NCBI GenBank assembly: GCA_963815195.1
Contig: CAWFGE010000010.1
Location: forward strand, 416,001-480,000
DNA length: 64,000 nucleotides
Direction: 5' to 3'
From: an uncultured Planctomycetaceae bacterium
Lineage (GTDB): Bacteria > Planctomycetota > Planctomycetia > Planctomycetales > Planctomycetaceae
In this document: positions 32,027-45,100 of the stretch, piece after piece
How positions within the stretch are numbered: position 1 is the stretch's first letter
Layout: every line of letters starts with the position of its first letter
Notes under the pieces: generated by a model
Seen by the model: only the letters and a program-made list of their open reading frames with translations
Told to the model about the DNA's origin: nothing
The model's database searches: none
Position numbers and translations under genes: made by a program

Positions 32027-33601
32027 ATGTCTAGTGTGTCAAATTCTTACGATGCCGTGCCTTACAAAAGCTATCCCTTCAAACAGACTCATCCCGATCG
32101 TTTGGCGACAATTGCCCTTCTGTTCGGTTTGCAGCCGCCGCCCGTGGAACGAGCGAGCGTTCTGGAGCTCGGGTGTGCCAGCGGGGGGAATCTGTTGCCT
32201 TTGGCGGAACAACTGCCGAACGGCCGGTTCATGGGTCTTGACGGTTCAGAACGGCAAATTCGCGACGGGAAGCGGTCGCTGGAGGCGCTGGGATTTGAAC
32301 ACGTGGAGTTGCGCCATCAGGATATTTGTGAGTTTGAACCCAGCGAAGGGGAATTTGACTATATCATCTGTCACGGAGTTTACTCTTGGGTCGGAGACGA
32401 AGTTCAGCGGCGGATTTTGGAGATCTGCCAGAGGGGATTGGCCGTGAACGGCGTCGCCTATATCAGCTACAACACATTCCCCGGCTGGCACATGCGGGGC
32501 ATGATCCGAGACATCATGCGTTACCGCGCCCAGTTTTTCGACACCCCGGAAAGCCAACTCGCCCAGGCCCGTGGGCTGCTGACATTCCTCTCGGAATCGG
32601 TCAACACGGAAAAAAATCCCTACGGAATGCTCCTCAAGAACGAATTGGAATCCATCCGCCGATCGGACAACTCCTATTTGCTTCACGACCATTTGGAAGA
32701 AATCAACGACCCGATCTACTTCCATCAATTCGCGGAACGGGCATCCGCCGCCGGGCTGCAATATTTGGGAGAAGCGGACTACGGCGTGATGTCGCTCGAC
32801 AACTTTTCCGACCGGGTCCGGTCCATGTTGGAAAGCGTCTCTCGAAGCGTGATCGAGATGGAACAGTACATGGATTTCTTGCGGAACCGCGCGTTTCGGC
32901 AGACTTTGCTCTGCCGCGCGGAAGTCCCTCTGGACAGAAACCTCGGCCCTCATCCGCTGATGAAGATGCGCGTCGCGTCCTCGGCCCGGCCTGAGGAAGG
33001 GGAACAGCCCTCCTCCGAGGATCGGGTGACATTTCGCCGGGGAAGCTCCATCCTGGCGACAAACGACGAGGTCGTCAAAGCCGCCATGGTGGAATTACGG
33101 GAAATTTGGCCGTCGTCCATCCCATTTCCGGAACTGGCCGCCCTTGCGCGGTCCCGAGCGGCCGGTCGCCCCATCCCCGTCAATGTCGATGTCATGAGCG
33201 AAGGGACCGAACAATTGGCGGACACGATGCTGAAGTGTTTTGCGACGGCCACGGTGGATCTGCATGTGGTCGCTCCGCCGTTTGCAACGCGGCTCAGCGA
33301 GCGGCCGACCGCCTCGCCTTTGGCGCGTTTCCAGGCCGAACGCGAATCCCAGGTCACGAACCGCTTGCACGGAATCATCCGCCTCGACGACCTCCAACGG
33401 CAAGTGCTCCGCGCGTTGGATGGGACCCGGGATCCAAACGCCCTGCTCGAACGGCTCACCGCCGTCATTTCCTCCGGGGAGTTGATCGTGCACGACCAGG
33501 GCGAGCGGATCACCAAGGAGGACCAGGCCCGCCGTCTTTTGGAAACGCACCTTCCGCCCACCCTGGAATTGCTGCTCCGGCAAGCTCTTTTGATCGGTTA
33601 G
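32027..33601 (+). CDS. Class I SAM methyltransferase with regulatory domain (rickettsial PKMT-like)
   Basis: YDAVPYKSYPFKQTHPDRL, VLELGCASGGNL, FDYIICHGVYSWV, SYNTFPGW, YLLHDHLEEIN, EQYMDFLRNRAFRQTLL. Confidence 0.9.
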   Translation: MSSVSNSYDAVPYKSYPFKQTHPDRLATIALLFGLQPPPVERASVLELGCASGGNLLPLAEQLPNGRFMGLDGSERQIRDGKRSLEALGFEHVELRHQDICEFEPSEGEFDYIICHGVYSWVGDEVQRRILEICQRGLAVNGVAYISYNTFPGWHMRGMIRDIMRYRAQFFDTPESQLAQARGLLTFLSESVNTEKNPYGMLLKNELESIRRSDNSYLLHDHLEEINDPIYFHQFAERASAAGLQYLGEADYGVMSLDNFSDRVRSMLESVSRSVIEMEQYMDFLRNRAFRQTLLCRAEVPLDRNLGPHPLMKMRVASSARPEEGEQPSSEDRVTFRRGSSILATNDEVVKAAMVELREIWPSSIPFPELAALARSRAAGRPIPVNVDVMSEGTEQLADTMLKCFATATVDLHVVAPPFATRLSERPTASPLARFQAERESQVTNRLHGIIRLDDLQRQVLRALDGTRDPNALLERLTAVISSGELIVHDQGERITKEDQARRLLETHLPPTLELLLRQALLIG

Positions 33602-34084
33602 CTCACACGGCCGATCGGCTCCAAATGGACGGCGCTCGCCGCCGGCCTGTGATTTACGGAACCAGGTTTGTGCTGTTCATCGCAGGAACCGCAGCCAAGT
33701 GTGTACACTACGTTTTATAGCGTGACAAAACTTGTCACTCAGTGTGAACTCTCGCGTCATTCTTGGGAAAAAATACTACAAACCCCTTGAAAACTAGACA
33801 ATTCATCCGAAAAAAAACTGGAAATTCTCCAAACAATACTTGAGATCCTGGTTTCGCCAAGGTAGATTGTTCAGGAATCAGGTTTTTCGTTGTTCAACGA
33901 TTACATCGGTTGTTCCATTTCGTTTTTTCAATCTTTCCCACTTCATTGGGAATGAGTTTTTTGGTTGCCGGTGGGGAATCGGCCATCCATCCTCTGAATG
34001 ATCCACACGCGCTTGAGGGTGTGTTTGCGTCGAGAAGATTGTGGGATTTGTTTGGTCGCTGTTGCCGACGGACGATGTGGAGCC

Positions 34085-35484
34085 ATGAATACCACAACGC
34101 ACGAAGAGTCAGTGTGGAAACCGGGCGAGGGCCGGCAAAACTTAGACGCGGTGTTTGCGGAACTCGGCCGAATTTCTGCGATGCCGCCCGCACAAGACTC
34201 GTCGCCCGCCGGGCCGTCTCTTGAGGAAGCGGTGTGCGAGAGGGAAACTCCGGAAACGGTTCTTGGCCGCAGGGATTCGGAGAAGCCGACTCTCGCTCCC
34301 ACCGCAAAGCCAATCGGGGGCTCTCGCCGCTTTGGCTGGGTATTGATGGTCGTCTGCGTGTTAGGCAGCGTTCTGTGTTTCGCGCATGTTTTCACGAACG
34401 GCTTCGCCGGCAGCACTCCTTCACAGGCCAAAGCCGCGCCGCCCGCCAAGCCGGTTTCCCGACTTCTCACCCGCAAAATCCGCGACATTCACCCCGGCAT
34501 GCGCGTGCTGGCCGACAACCCGGAACTTGCCGGCCAGACGATTGCGCCCTAAAGATCGAACCTGCCCAATGGCGGCTGGTCTCATTGGAAATGCCAAAGC
34601 CGGACGGGTCGATTCTGTTCATGGCATTCCTTTGGGAACTGCGTGAACTCGGCGAACGCCAGTGTGGACAATCGGTGCCGATCAACCTGCCGGAATTGGG
34701 CATTAGTGGTTTGGCGACAATTACGTCCATTGCGCCCTGTCCCGAAGTCGAAGACGGCCCGGGCCGGGTCGTCACCGGCACGTTTCGTCATTCGAATGCC
34801 GCCGTAATCGACTTGCAAGTCGCCAGTGAAACAAAGCCGCTCGGTACGACCCCCAATCACCCGTTCTGGTCGGAGGACCGCCACGATTGGGTGCAAGCAG
34901 GACAACTGAACGTTGGCGAACGCCTGCGCCTCGAAAATGGCACGCTGACGACCGTCATTGCCCGCACTCCGCGACCGGGGCGGGATGAGGTCTATAACCT
35001 CCAGGTCGAGGGCCACCACACCTACTACGTCGGCCAATCCGGCGTGCTGGTTCATAACAGCCAGAATTATGCGAAATGGGCGGGAAAAAGCACCGATGCC
35101 CTTTCAGGATCTGAACTCGCCGAACTCCAGGGAGAATTTCGAAAATTAAGGAACAAGCTGCGTCATAATACGCAAGTGCCACAGCCCCTTATCAAGGGCA
35201 AACCGTCCTTCCAGGATCCCCAATTGCAACATTTAGCGGACCGCTTATATAAAGCCTACGGAAAGAAGACGGCAATCGGCTCGGGCAGCACTGCGGATGC
35301 CATCCGTGCGGAACGGCATTTTGGCGTGCGAGTCGGCGGCCTTCTGCACTCAACAAAAGGTGAAGAATTCATCAAAGCCATTCAAAACCAACTTGCCAAG
35401 CTGGGTTCCGGAGTCGATGAACTCGATGCCATTATGGCCAAAAAGTTAATTCAGGATCTGGAAGCGGCGCTTAAAGGATTTTGA
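34085..35484 (+). CDS. Toxin cassette: TM helix, Hint domain lacking its N-terminal Cys block, C-terminal toxin (1-nt frameshift near 34548)
   Basis: SRRFGWVLMVVCVLG, TRKIRDIHPGMRVLADNPE, TTPNHPFWSED, VYNLQVEGHHTYYVGQSGVLVHN|S; tail GSGSTADAIRAE..VGG..HSTKG. Confidence 0.85.
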
Positions 35485-35507
35485 GATTTCCTTTGGGAAT
35501 ACCCTCT

Positions 35508-35855
35508 ATGGCGAACGTTTCGTGGCTTGTCAGCCAGTTGCAGGAAATCTGTCCTGGATTCGCTCCTTTTTTTGAGGATCACAGGCGGATCTGGACCGCA
35601 CCAGATGAGAAATGTCCGTCTGATTTCGGCGTTTTCACCGTGTTCTCGGACTATCTCATTCAGAATTACTCGAATCTGCCGGAAACCCAGAAGAAGAAAT
35701 TAAGTGCCTTCATCGAACAGCACGTGCGGTATCCCGCAGAACCTTTTACGAACGACTTGCTCGTCGGAATCTTTGAGCACGTGGAGGACACGCCCATCGC
35801 AAAAGATTTTGCCCAGCACTTAAGCCCGGTTTCTCGCGAGAGATTTCACTTGTGA
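35508..35855 (+). CDS. Putative immunity protein
   Basis: Small lower-GC ORF directly after the toxin tip. Confidence 0.7.
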   Translation: MANVSWLVSQLQEICPGFAPFFEDHRRIWTAPDEKCPSDFGVFTVFSDYLIQNYSNLPETQKKKLSAFIEQHVRYPAEPFTNDLLVGIFEHVEDTPIAKDFAQHLSPVSRERFHL

Positions 35856-36152
35856 TGCCGTGCGCCGATTGGGCCTCTGATAGGACGACAATAATTGCTT
35901 CAGTCTAGATTCTTTAGACCGTTCTCGCTCGACATTTCCCGCTACGGAGAGATTTGAGCTTAAGGTTCACTGCTCGCTTTATTTGCTTTTTATCAGACAC
36001 GAATTGGTTGACGTTGAACTGGCCGGACGCCCACTCCGCTGTCATGAGCCGTCTTACCGCTCGGCATTCGAAACTCGGGCCACGCTCACTCAATGCCTCC
36101 CACTTTGTGCGCTGGGGTTCCGTCCGTCAAACGGATTTCAAGGAGTGCTGCT

Positions 36153-39100
36153 ATGCTTTTGGTCAACTGGCTGTTCTTGATTCGTCTGCGTTTGGGCTTG
36201 ATCGGACGCAAACGCCGGCGCGTGCATTCACCCTCCCGACGGAACCAAAACAGAACCCGTCCCGGCGAACCCTCGGGCCTCAATTGCCCGGAGGCCTTGG
36301 AGGAGCGAATCTTATTGTCCGCCCCCTCGGCGGCCGACGACTACTACTTCGTCCAAGATGCGACCGCGTGGTCGGTCTCCGCCTCCGGCGTTTTAGGCAA
36401 CGATTCCGATCCCGACTCCGATCCCTTGACCGCACAGCAGGTCAGCGGACCGGCCAACGGCACCCTGACGCTGAACCCCGACGGCTCGTTTACTTACACC
36501 CCGGACACCGGCTTTCAGGGCACCGACAGCTTTAGTTACCAGGCGTTCGACGGCGTCGAGACAAGCTCGGCCGCCCTGGTCACGCTGGATGTCGGCGATG
36601 TGGCAGGCGATTCCTTCGGCAGCGAACGCCTCGTCTCGGTCGCGGACGGACAATCCGTGGAACTCGGCGGGCTCATCGGCGATGGGAGCTATGGCGACGC
36701 GGACGTGGACATGTTCCAAGTGACTTTGAACGCCGGCGATTCGTTGACGGTCAATATCGACGCGGCCCAACTCGACGACGGCTCGGCGCTCAGCGGCCTG
36801 GACAGCTATCTGCGCATCTTCGACGAATACGGTTCCGAAGTGGCCTCCAACGGCGACGGGACGGACCCGCAAACCGGGCTGCCCTCCTCCGACAGTGTGC
36901 TGACATTTACCGCCTCGTCGCCGGGAACCTACACGATCGGCGTCTCGGGAGCTGGCGACGAGTATTACGATCCTTACTCGCCTGGCATGGGCAGTTCCGG
37001 AAGCACCGGGCAATACCAATTGCATTTGAGCCTGGCTGCCAACACTCCCCCGGCATTTGACAGTTCGTCGTACTCTTTCACGGTGCCGGCGGATGCGCAG
37101 TACGGGGACGTGGTGGGCACGGTCTCGGCCACGGATTCCGAAGGGGACATGTTCTCGTATTACAGCAATTCCTCGTTTCCGTTCGAGGTGGATTCCAGCA
37201 CGGGCGAAATCCGCTATGCCGACTCGTCGATGCTGACCGTCGGCAATCAGTACAATTTCACTGTCAACGCCGATGACATGTACGGGAGCGGATCGGCGAC
37301 GGTCATGATTGATGTCACCGCGCCGAACAACACTCCCCCGGCGTTCGACAGCTCCAGTTATTCTTTCACGGTGACGTCGGATGCCACTTATGGGACTTCC
37401 GTCGGCACAGTCACGGCCGCGGATCCGGACGGAGACAGCTTTTCCTACTCCAGCAATTCCTCGTTTCCGTTCGAGGTGGACTCCAGCACGGGCGAAATCC
37501 GCTATGCCGACTCGTCGATGCTGACCGTCGGCAATCAGTACAATTTCACTGTCAACGCCAATGACATGTACGGCAGCGGGTCGGCGACGGTGACGATTGA
37601 CGTGGTCGCCCCAAATCAGCCGCCCGTCGCCAATGCCGACACGTCCACCACGCCCTATGCCACGGCGGTGACGGTCGATGTGCTGGCCAATGATTCCGAT
37701 CCGGAAGGCGAGGCGCTGACTCTCGTTTCCGTGAGTACGCCCGCGCATGGGCAAGCCGTCCTCAGCAACGGGCAGGTGGTTTATACGCCGAATTCCAGTT
37801 TTGCGGGGGATGAGGCTTTCACCTATGTGGTGGCTGACCCGGAGGGCAATTCCAGCACCGGGAACGTCACCGTCACGGTCACCAACAATCCGCCCGTCGC
37901 GGTGGACGACCAGGTCACGACGGATTCCCAGACGGCGGTCACGGTGGACGTGCTCGGCAATGACAGCGACCCGGAAGGCTCCGCGCTGAGCGTGGCCTCC
38001 GTCGCGCAGCCGGCCCACGGCAGTGTCGCCCTCGTAAACGGCGATGTGGTTTATACTCCGGATGGTGTTTTCTTGGGCGACGAGACTTTTGATTACACGG
38101 TCCAGGACGCAGCCGGCGCGACGGCGACCGCGACCGTGACCGTGACGGTCGCCCCGTTGGAATTGACCGCCGTCGATGACACGGTGAATGTCGCCCAAGA
38201 CGGGGCCGGTGTCATCGGTGTGACCGACAACGACCTGATTCCGCAGGGTTCCACTCTCACGGTGACAATCGGCTCCGCTGCCACCAATGGATCGGCCGCG
38301 GTCAACGGCCTCTCGATCGAGTACGCGCCGACAGCCGGCTACGTGGGCTTAGACTCTTTCACTTATACCTTGACGGACCAGGACGGAAACACAAGCACTG
38401 CGACGGTCAATGTGACGGTGTTTGCCAATGAACCGCCCGTCGCGGCGGATGACGACTTGGAAATCGAAGCCGGCAGCGGCAAGGTTCTGGACGTGCTGGC
38501 GAACGACTCCGATCCGGAAGGCGGTCCGCTGACGATTGTCGAGGCGTCGGCGACCTGGCTGGGCACCGTCACGATTGCCCCCGGACAGGACGGGGAACCG
38601 GACCAGCTTGTGTACGATTCGCCGGCCGACACCTACGGAATCGAGACGGTGACTTACACGATCGCCGATGAGTGGGGCCGCACGGCGACGGCGACCGCGA
38701 CGGTGTGGATCTCGCCGCGGCCAGCCCCGGACATCGCGGACCTGGGGCTGGTGAACGACACGGGCGATGTTGGCGACCGGGTCTCGACCGACGTGCGGGT
38801 GACGGGCACAGTGGAGACTTCGATCGATGTCGCGGGCTTGGCGGTGGATGTGGATTACAACGGGGACCAGGCGGCCGACGCGGTGGCCGAGGTCGATTCT
38901 TACGATCTCACCTTCACGTACGATTTTGCCTCCGTTTTGACTTATGGCGATGCCACGGTTTACCTGCGGGCGGTGGAACTCGATGCCGACGGGCAGGTGG
39001 TGACGACGGGCGATTGGCAAGAGTTCCAATTCACGTACGTGGAGCAGGACGACCCGGATCCGACGAATGATGCCGACCCCAATTCCGCCGTATTGACGAG

Positions 39101-42100
39101 CGTGACCGTGGACCAGGCCACGGCGGATCTGGTCCAACTGTCGGGCACAGTGGACAACGTCAACGGCGGGACGGCGGCGGCGGTCGAATTCGACGTCGAT
39201 GGCGACGGCACGCCGGACGCCGAAGCGGCCACGACAAACGACGCCTTCACGCAGCAGTTCACCACCGAGGTCGGCTACGGGGACGAGGTCGTGGTGAGGG
39301 TCCGCACGCGGGACGTGGATGACGGCACCGGCGATATGCTCTATGGAGCCTGGCAACCCGTCGGCTTCAGCCGGGACTATCCGGTCAATGATCCGCCGCT
39401 CATCACGCAGCTCGGATTGGCGAACGACACGGACACGCCGGACGACAACATCACCAGCGATGCCACGGTGATCGGCACGATTTCGCACGCCGACGGTTCG
39501 CTGGAGGGGAACACCATCGAATACGACCTCAACGGAGATGACATTTACGACGGCACGGTCATCACCGATGCGTCCGGGCAATTCACGATCGACTTGAATT
39601 CCGCCGGCCTCGACGACGGGGCGGTGTCGTTGCGGGTCCGCTCGCGGGAATGGGACTCCGCCCGGAAAGAGCAACTCCACAGCGACTGGTCCACGTTGGA
39701 TTTTCAGTACACCGGAGCGGCCGCCCGTTTGCCCAGCCTCAGCGGTCTCGCCTTGGCGAATGACACCGGCACCGCGGGGGATGGGGTCACGTCGGATCCG
39801 ACGATCGCCGGCACCTTCGTCAGCGGGACGGCGGCGTTGAGCCAAACCGGCGTGGAAATCGATTTGAACGGAGACGGCGTTCCCGACGACCGCTTCCTCA
39901 CCGTCGATCCGGGGACCGGCAGTTTCACGGTCGACCTCTCCGATTATCTTAGCACCTCAGGCCCCGTGACCGTCGATTTGCGGGCCTCGGGCTGGGATGA
40001 CGCCGCCCAAGAAGCCCTCCAGGGAGATTGGGTGGAATTCACATTTACCTACGAGGCCCCGCCACCCGCCACCGCCCAGGTGACGGATCTCGCCTTGGTC
40101 AATGACACGGGGACGGTGGGCGACGGCATCACAAGCGATCCGCGGATCAGCGGGAAAGTCACGCATCCCAGCGAATCTGTCTCCGGAGCCTCCGTGCAAT
40201 ACGACTTGGATGGAGACGGGGCCTACGACGGCGAGACAACGGCGGACGGCCGCGGGCGGTTCAGCATCGATCTGACCGATGCGTCGCTTGCACTGGGCAG
40301 CGTCACGGTGGCGGTCCGCGCGGGCGTGTGGTCCGCGGCCGAACTGGGTGACGTCTGGGGCGATTGGGCGTCGTTCACTTTCACGCTGGAAGCCGCCGCC
40401 ACGCCGACGCGGCCCGAAGTCACGCAGTTGCAGCTTTTGGACGATGACGACGGGGACGGAACGGTCAGCCGGGCCACCATTTCCGGCACCGTGACCGACG
40501 GCGATTCCGCGGTGCAGTTGCTGCCGGTCGAGTTTGACGTGGACGGCGACGGCACCGCGGAAGGCCGGATTTACACCGACACGACCGGCTCCGGCAATTT
40601 CCTCGTCGATCTGACGCCCTTCCTCCAAGGCGACGGGGCCAGAACGGTCTATTTCCGCGCGGCGGAATCGGACACGGACGATTCGACCTTCGGCGATTGG
40701 GCCTCGTTCAGCTTCACCTTCCAAGCCGCGAGTGACACGTCGCAGGACGACCTCGTCGATGACAATCCGGTTCCCTTCACCAGTACGGACCTCTCGCACG
40801 TGCAATATGAGACGGGGGATTTGGGCATCGGCCTTACCGTCGAGAACACCGATTCCACGACCGCAGGGACGTTCGCCAGCGGCTATGTCCAAGTGGGAAG
40901 CGTCGTGGGCACTTCCGATCTGTTGGCGGCCATCGCCGACGCCGACATTAGTGAAGATACCCCAACAAACACCTCGGACTCCACCACCGACGCCAACGGC
41001 AACACGACCGACGTGGCGCAAACCGGCACCTGGCAAAGGACCGTGACGACCATCACCGACCAGGCGACGGGCGAGTGGTACCGGTACGAAAACGTGGTCC
41101 AAACCTATGACACCGTCACGGACTATACCGCCGCGGACGGCTCCGGTTATGACTTTCATCAGTGGGGGACTTACGGCTACACGCTCACGGCCTATGGCTA
41201 TAACGGAAACGCCGTCTATACTCTCGTGGAATACCGTACGGACAATTACGAGAATCAGCAGTGGACGGCAGCTGATCCTAATACCCTATTCGTCATCACC
41301 GGCTCGCAGAGCGACGACGTGGAATCCGGCGGCTATGTGAAGGTGAACGACGACGGTCTGGCGGCGCCGGGCTCCACGACCTCCTGGTCGAGCCAGGTCG
41401 ATACGGTCGATCCCACGATCGGCACCTATTCCTATGCCGCTTCCGCTTACGGCCGGCTGGAGTATACCGACTCCACGGGGAGCGGTTCGGTCGATACGAA
41501 CGGCGAGTATAGCGACAGTTGGAGCCAGACCTATTCTAGCGAGGCCGACACCCCCGCCGGCAGCGGCACCACGCTCACCGAGGTCTTCAGCTATCATTCG
41601 GTGCATGATGATCCCTATGACATCACGAATCAGGTGAATGTCAATGAGACGACAAATCTCGGTGGGGTCTCCAGGACGACCGTCATCGACGAGACGACCA
41701 CCCTCACCGGTGCGAAAACGGACACTTTCGACTCATCGGGAACGCGGACGACCTATGCCGACGGCACCTACGAGTCCGCCATCACCCAGACCTCGACACG
41801 CGAAATGCACGACACGTACAACTACAACGGGACACGGACCTACACCGTGGCAGACAACAGCGATCCGAATGCGACCGTCAACGAGTATTCCAACTCGACC
41901 GGCACCGCGACCCGCCAGCGGGACGTCGTGCAGGTTTATGGCGCGACCACGACCCGGCTCGTCGACGGCACGCAAACTGTCGCGGGGACCGTGGATGGGA
42001 ACACCTCGTCCAGCTACAGCGAATCCGGCGGCCAAGACCTCAACTCGGACGGAACCTCCGACGATGGGACCACCGTGATGTCGTTCTCCACAACCGGAAC

Positions 42101-45100
42101 GACGCATACCTCCGCCAATGGAACCTATCTGATGGTCACCACCGGCACGTTCGGCACGGCGGGCAAAGATATCACGAACACCTACGACACGACCGAAGCC
42201 GGCTCCTCCGATTGGAACTACACCGCTCAGGGCAACCGAGACTCCTCCCAGGACGACGGCGCGGGAAATACCAGCCTGTCCGGCGGCACGAGTTCCTCGA
42301 CAAACGACGGCAATACCAGCTACTCCAACACCATGCACGTCGATGAACACGTCACCGACGCCGGTGTCACATCCACCGGCACGATGAACCACACCGGCAA
42401 CGGCAACGGCTCATCCTCCTACGACGACACCGAATACAATACGACCACCACCGCCACCGGCACCACCGGAAATTCCAGCAGTTCCTACAACGACAGCTCG
42501 AACTACGGCAACGGCAGCGGCACCTGGACGTCCACCTCCACCGGGACCGGCACCATCACCAACGGCCAGGCCGATTACACCCAAACCGATACCCGCGACG
42601 AGAACGGCTCGTTCGCATCGGGCAATTCCAACACCTTCACCTCTCACTCGGAAAGCGACGACGGCTACCGCACCGAAACGAACGATTCCTCCGGCGGCAG
42701 CAAGTACGACGAGACCGGCACCTATAGCTCCTCCACCACCGACACGACGCACTCCGCGCCCGCCGGGGACTCGTCGTCCTCGTCCTCCACCTACAGCAAG
42801 CAGGCCGACACGACCTGGTCCAGCAACTCGAAAACCTCGAACACCATCCACGAGGATTACTCCAGCGAGGACTATCCCGGGTCGGGGACTTACGAATCCT
42901 GGCACGATGAATCCCACTCGGGAAGCAGCACGGACAGCGGCTCGGGAAACTACTCACTCAGCGAGAGCGCGAACTCCTCCACGGCGGCCGACGGAACCTC
43001 GACCTCCTCGACCGATTCCAGCTACAACTCCTCGGGATCCGGCACGACGACCACCAGCGGCTCGGATACGATCACCGACCACAGCCATTCCGACGACAAC
43101 AACGGCGTGACCAGCACGTCCGATCGCACCTCGTCCATCACTCGCAGCGGCACGACGACCTACCAAAACACAGCCAACGGCACCTCGAATGAAACCGACG
43201 GAGCAAGCAGCTCCACGGACTCGACTTCCTCCGTCAGCGACACGACCTCCACCGTCCACACCCAAAGTGACACCGTGCAGGACAGCGACGACACCAACGC
43301 CTCCGACAAGGCCACTTCCGACAGCCATTCCGAATCGCACGCCACCGACGACACGACCACGACCTCCCATGAGGAAACGGGTTCCGTGAATCAACAGTTC
43401 GCCGACGGCACCAGCGCGTCCCAGACCACGGACTCGGGATCGAGCGATTCGACAGGCACGTTCACCACGAGCACCAGCGCCGACAGTACGCGGGACGACC
43501 TGGGGGTGATGCTCGGCATCACCAGCCATGTCGCCAAGTCCTCGAGTTCCAACAGCACCGGCGACTCGACGTCGCATTCCGACTGGGACGACGAGCAGGA
43601 CACCTATGCCGACGGCACCTGGTCGACCTCTTCGTCTTCGTCCGGCAACTCGACCGTCAACACCACCGGCGACTCGTCCGCCACCGATGACGCCAACAGA
43701 ACCGACGCTTCGACCTCGACGACGAAAACCTCCACCACGCACGCCCACACGGCCACCACGAATGCCAAGCGATCGGTCACCTCCAACTGGTCCTCCGACT
43801 CGACGAACGGCTCCGCCGGCGGCACGACCGTGAGCTGGAGCACCGAAGACGTGACGGACAGCGGGGACGTTGAATCGGATTCCAATTCCAAGGTCCGGGC
43901 GGAAAAAGACGCCGACAACTTCAGTCAGACCTATAACGAAGAATCGAAAAACGGCTCCTATAACCTCACGGGCTCCAGCCGCGACGACCGCTTCGCCGAC
44001 GGCACGACCAGTTCCACCAGCACGCTGACCCGCACGGAAACCGGGACGAGCACGCGGAAAGAAGAAAACACGGGCAAGAGCAAACAAGTCTCCCATCCCC
44101 AGCCCGGGCTGACGCAGACTCTCACTTCCGATCAGGACGACACCTCGAATTGGACTGACATCACCTACACCGACACCTATTCGCTCAACACGGACGATCC
44201 CGTCGATGCCCCTTTGACCTCGACCGAGATCACGAGCCACACCGAATCCGGCAAGCAGAGTTGGAACTCGACGGACAACGGCGGCAGCAGCCTCACCGGC
44301 ACGGTGAACAATCCCGACGACCCCGACGATGAGAGCAACGGCACGGTATTCAACTCCTCCTCATCGTCCACGACCACCGAAGTCGGCAGCGGCGACTACA
44401 GCGACTCCGACACCACGACCGTCAAGGTCGACAACGGAGTCGAAACCACCACCGGGTCCGGTTCCGACAGCCTGGACGGCAACTCGACGCTCACCACCAC
44501 CGGGAACAGCAGCGGGAGCATCACCCAGAATCGCAAGATCGGCGATACGACTGTCAACTTCAACCAGACTTCTTCCAGTAACTCGAAGGGAACGGTCCTC
44601 ACCAAAATCGACGACTCGTCCTCCTTCGAAACGGACGGGAAGGGCGGTACGAAATCCACGACGAAAAGCAGCCCCACAACCTCCGGCTTTTCCACGTCCA
44701 GCTCCACAAAGACCACGACCGTCACGATGACGAAGAGCGGTTATAACTTTACTAAGACGGAACAAGACATCGATAAGTCCACCGGCAGTTTTGACGCCAA
44801 CCTATCGCATACGATTGATACGGATTTTGACGGGACAACGACACACAGCGGGGGCGGATCGAGCACAACCAAGAGCTGGTCTCTGTCCAAGAACACCGTT
44901 AACAGCACGACCTTCGAAAAGAAGACCGCCCTCTACTCGACCTGGAAGGGCTATTACAACCAGGTGGTCACCTACAATCAGTTGGATCAGACCACCACGA
45001 AATCCGACGGCAATGCCTCGTTGACCTATCAGACGGACGGCACGGAGACCTGGGGCGGCACCCAGACCGACCAGAAAGATATTATTCACGACAAGAAGAA

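Noticed and set aside
28300..33700. cas genes next to the array
   Set aside because: Flanking ORFs are IS66 genes and a methyltransferase; the IS66 TnpB is unrelated to Cas12-type TnpB
37040..37615. Near-identical direct repeats in the giant gene
   Set aside because: Explained by a duplicated cadherin-like domain
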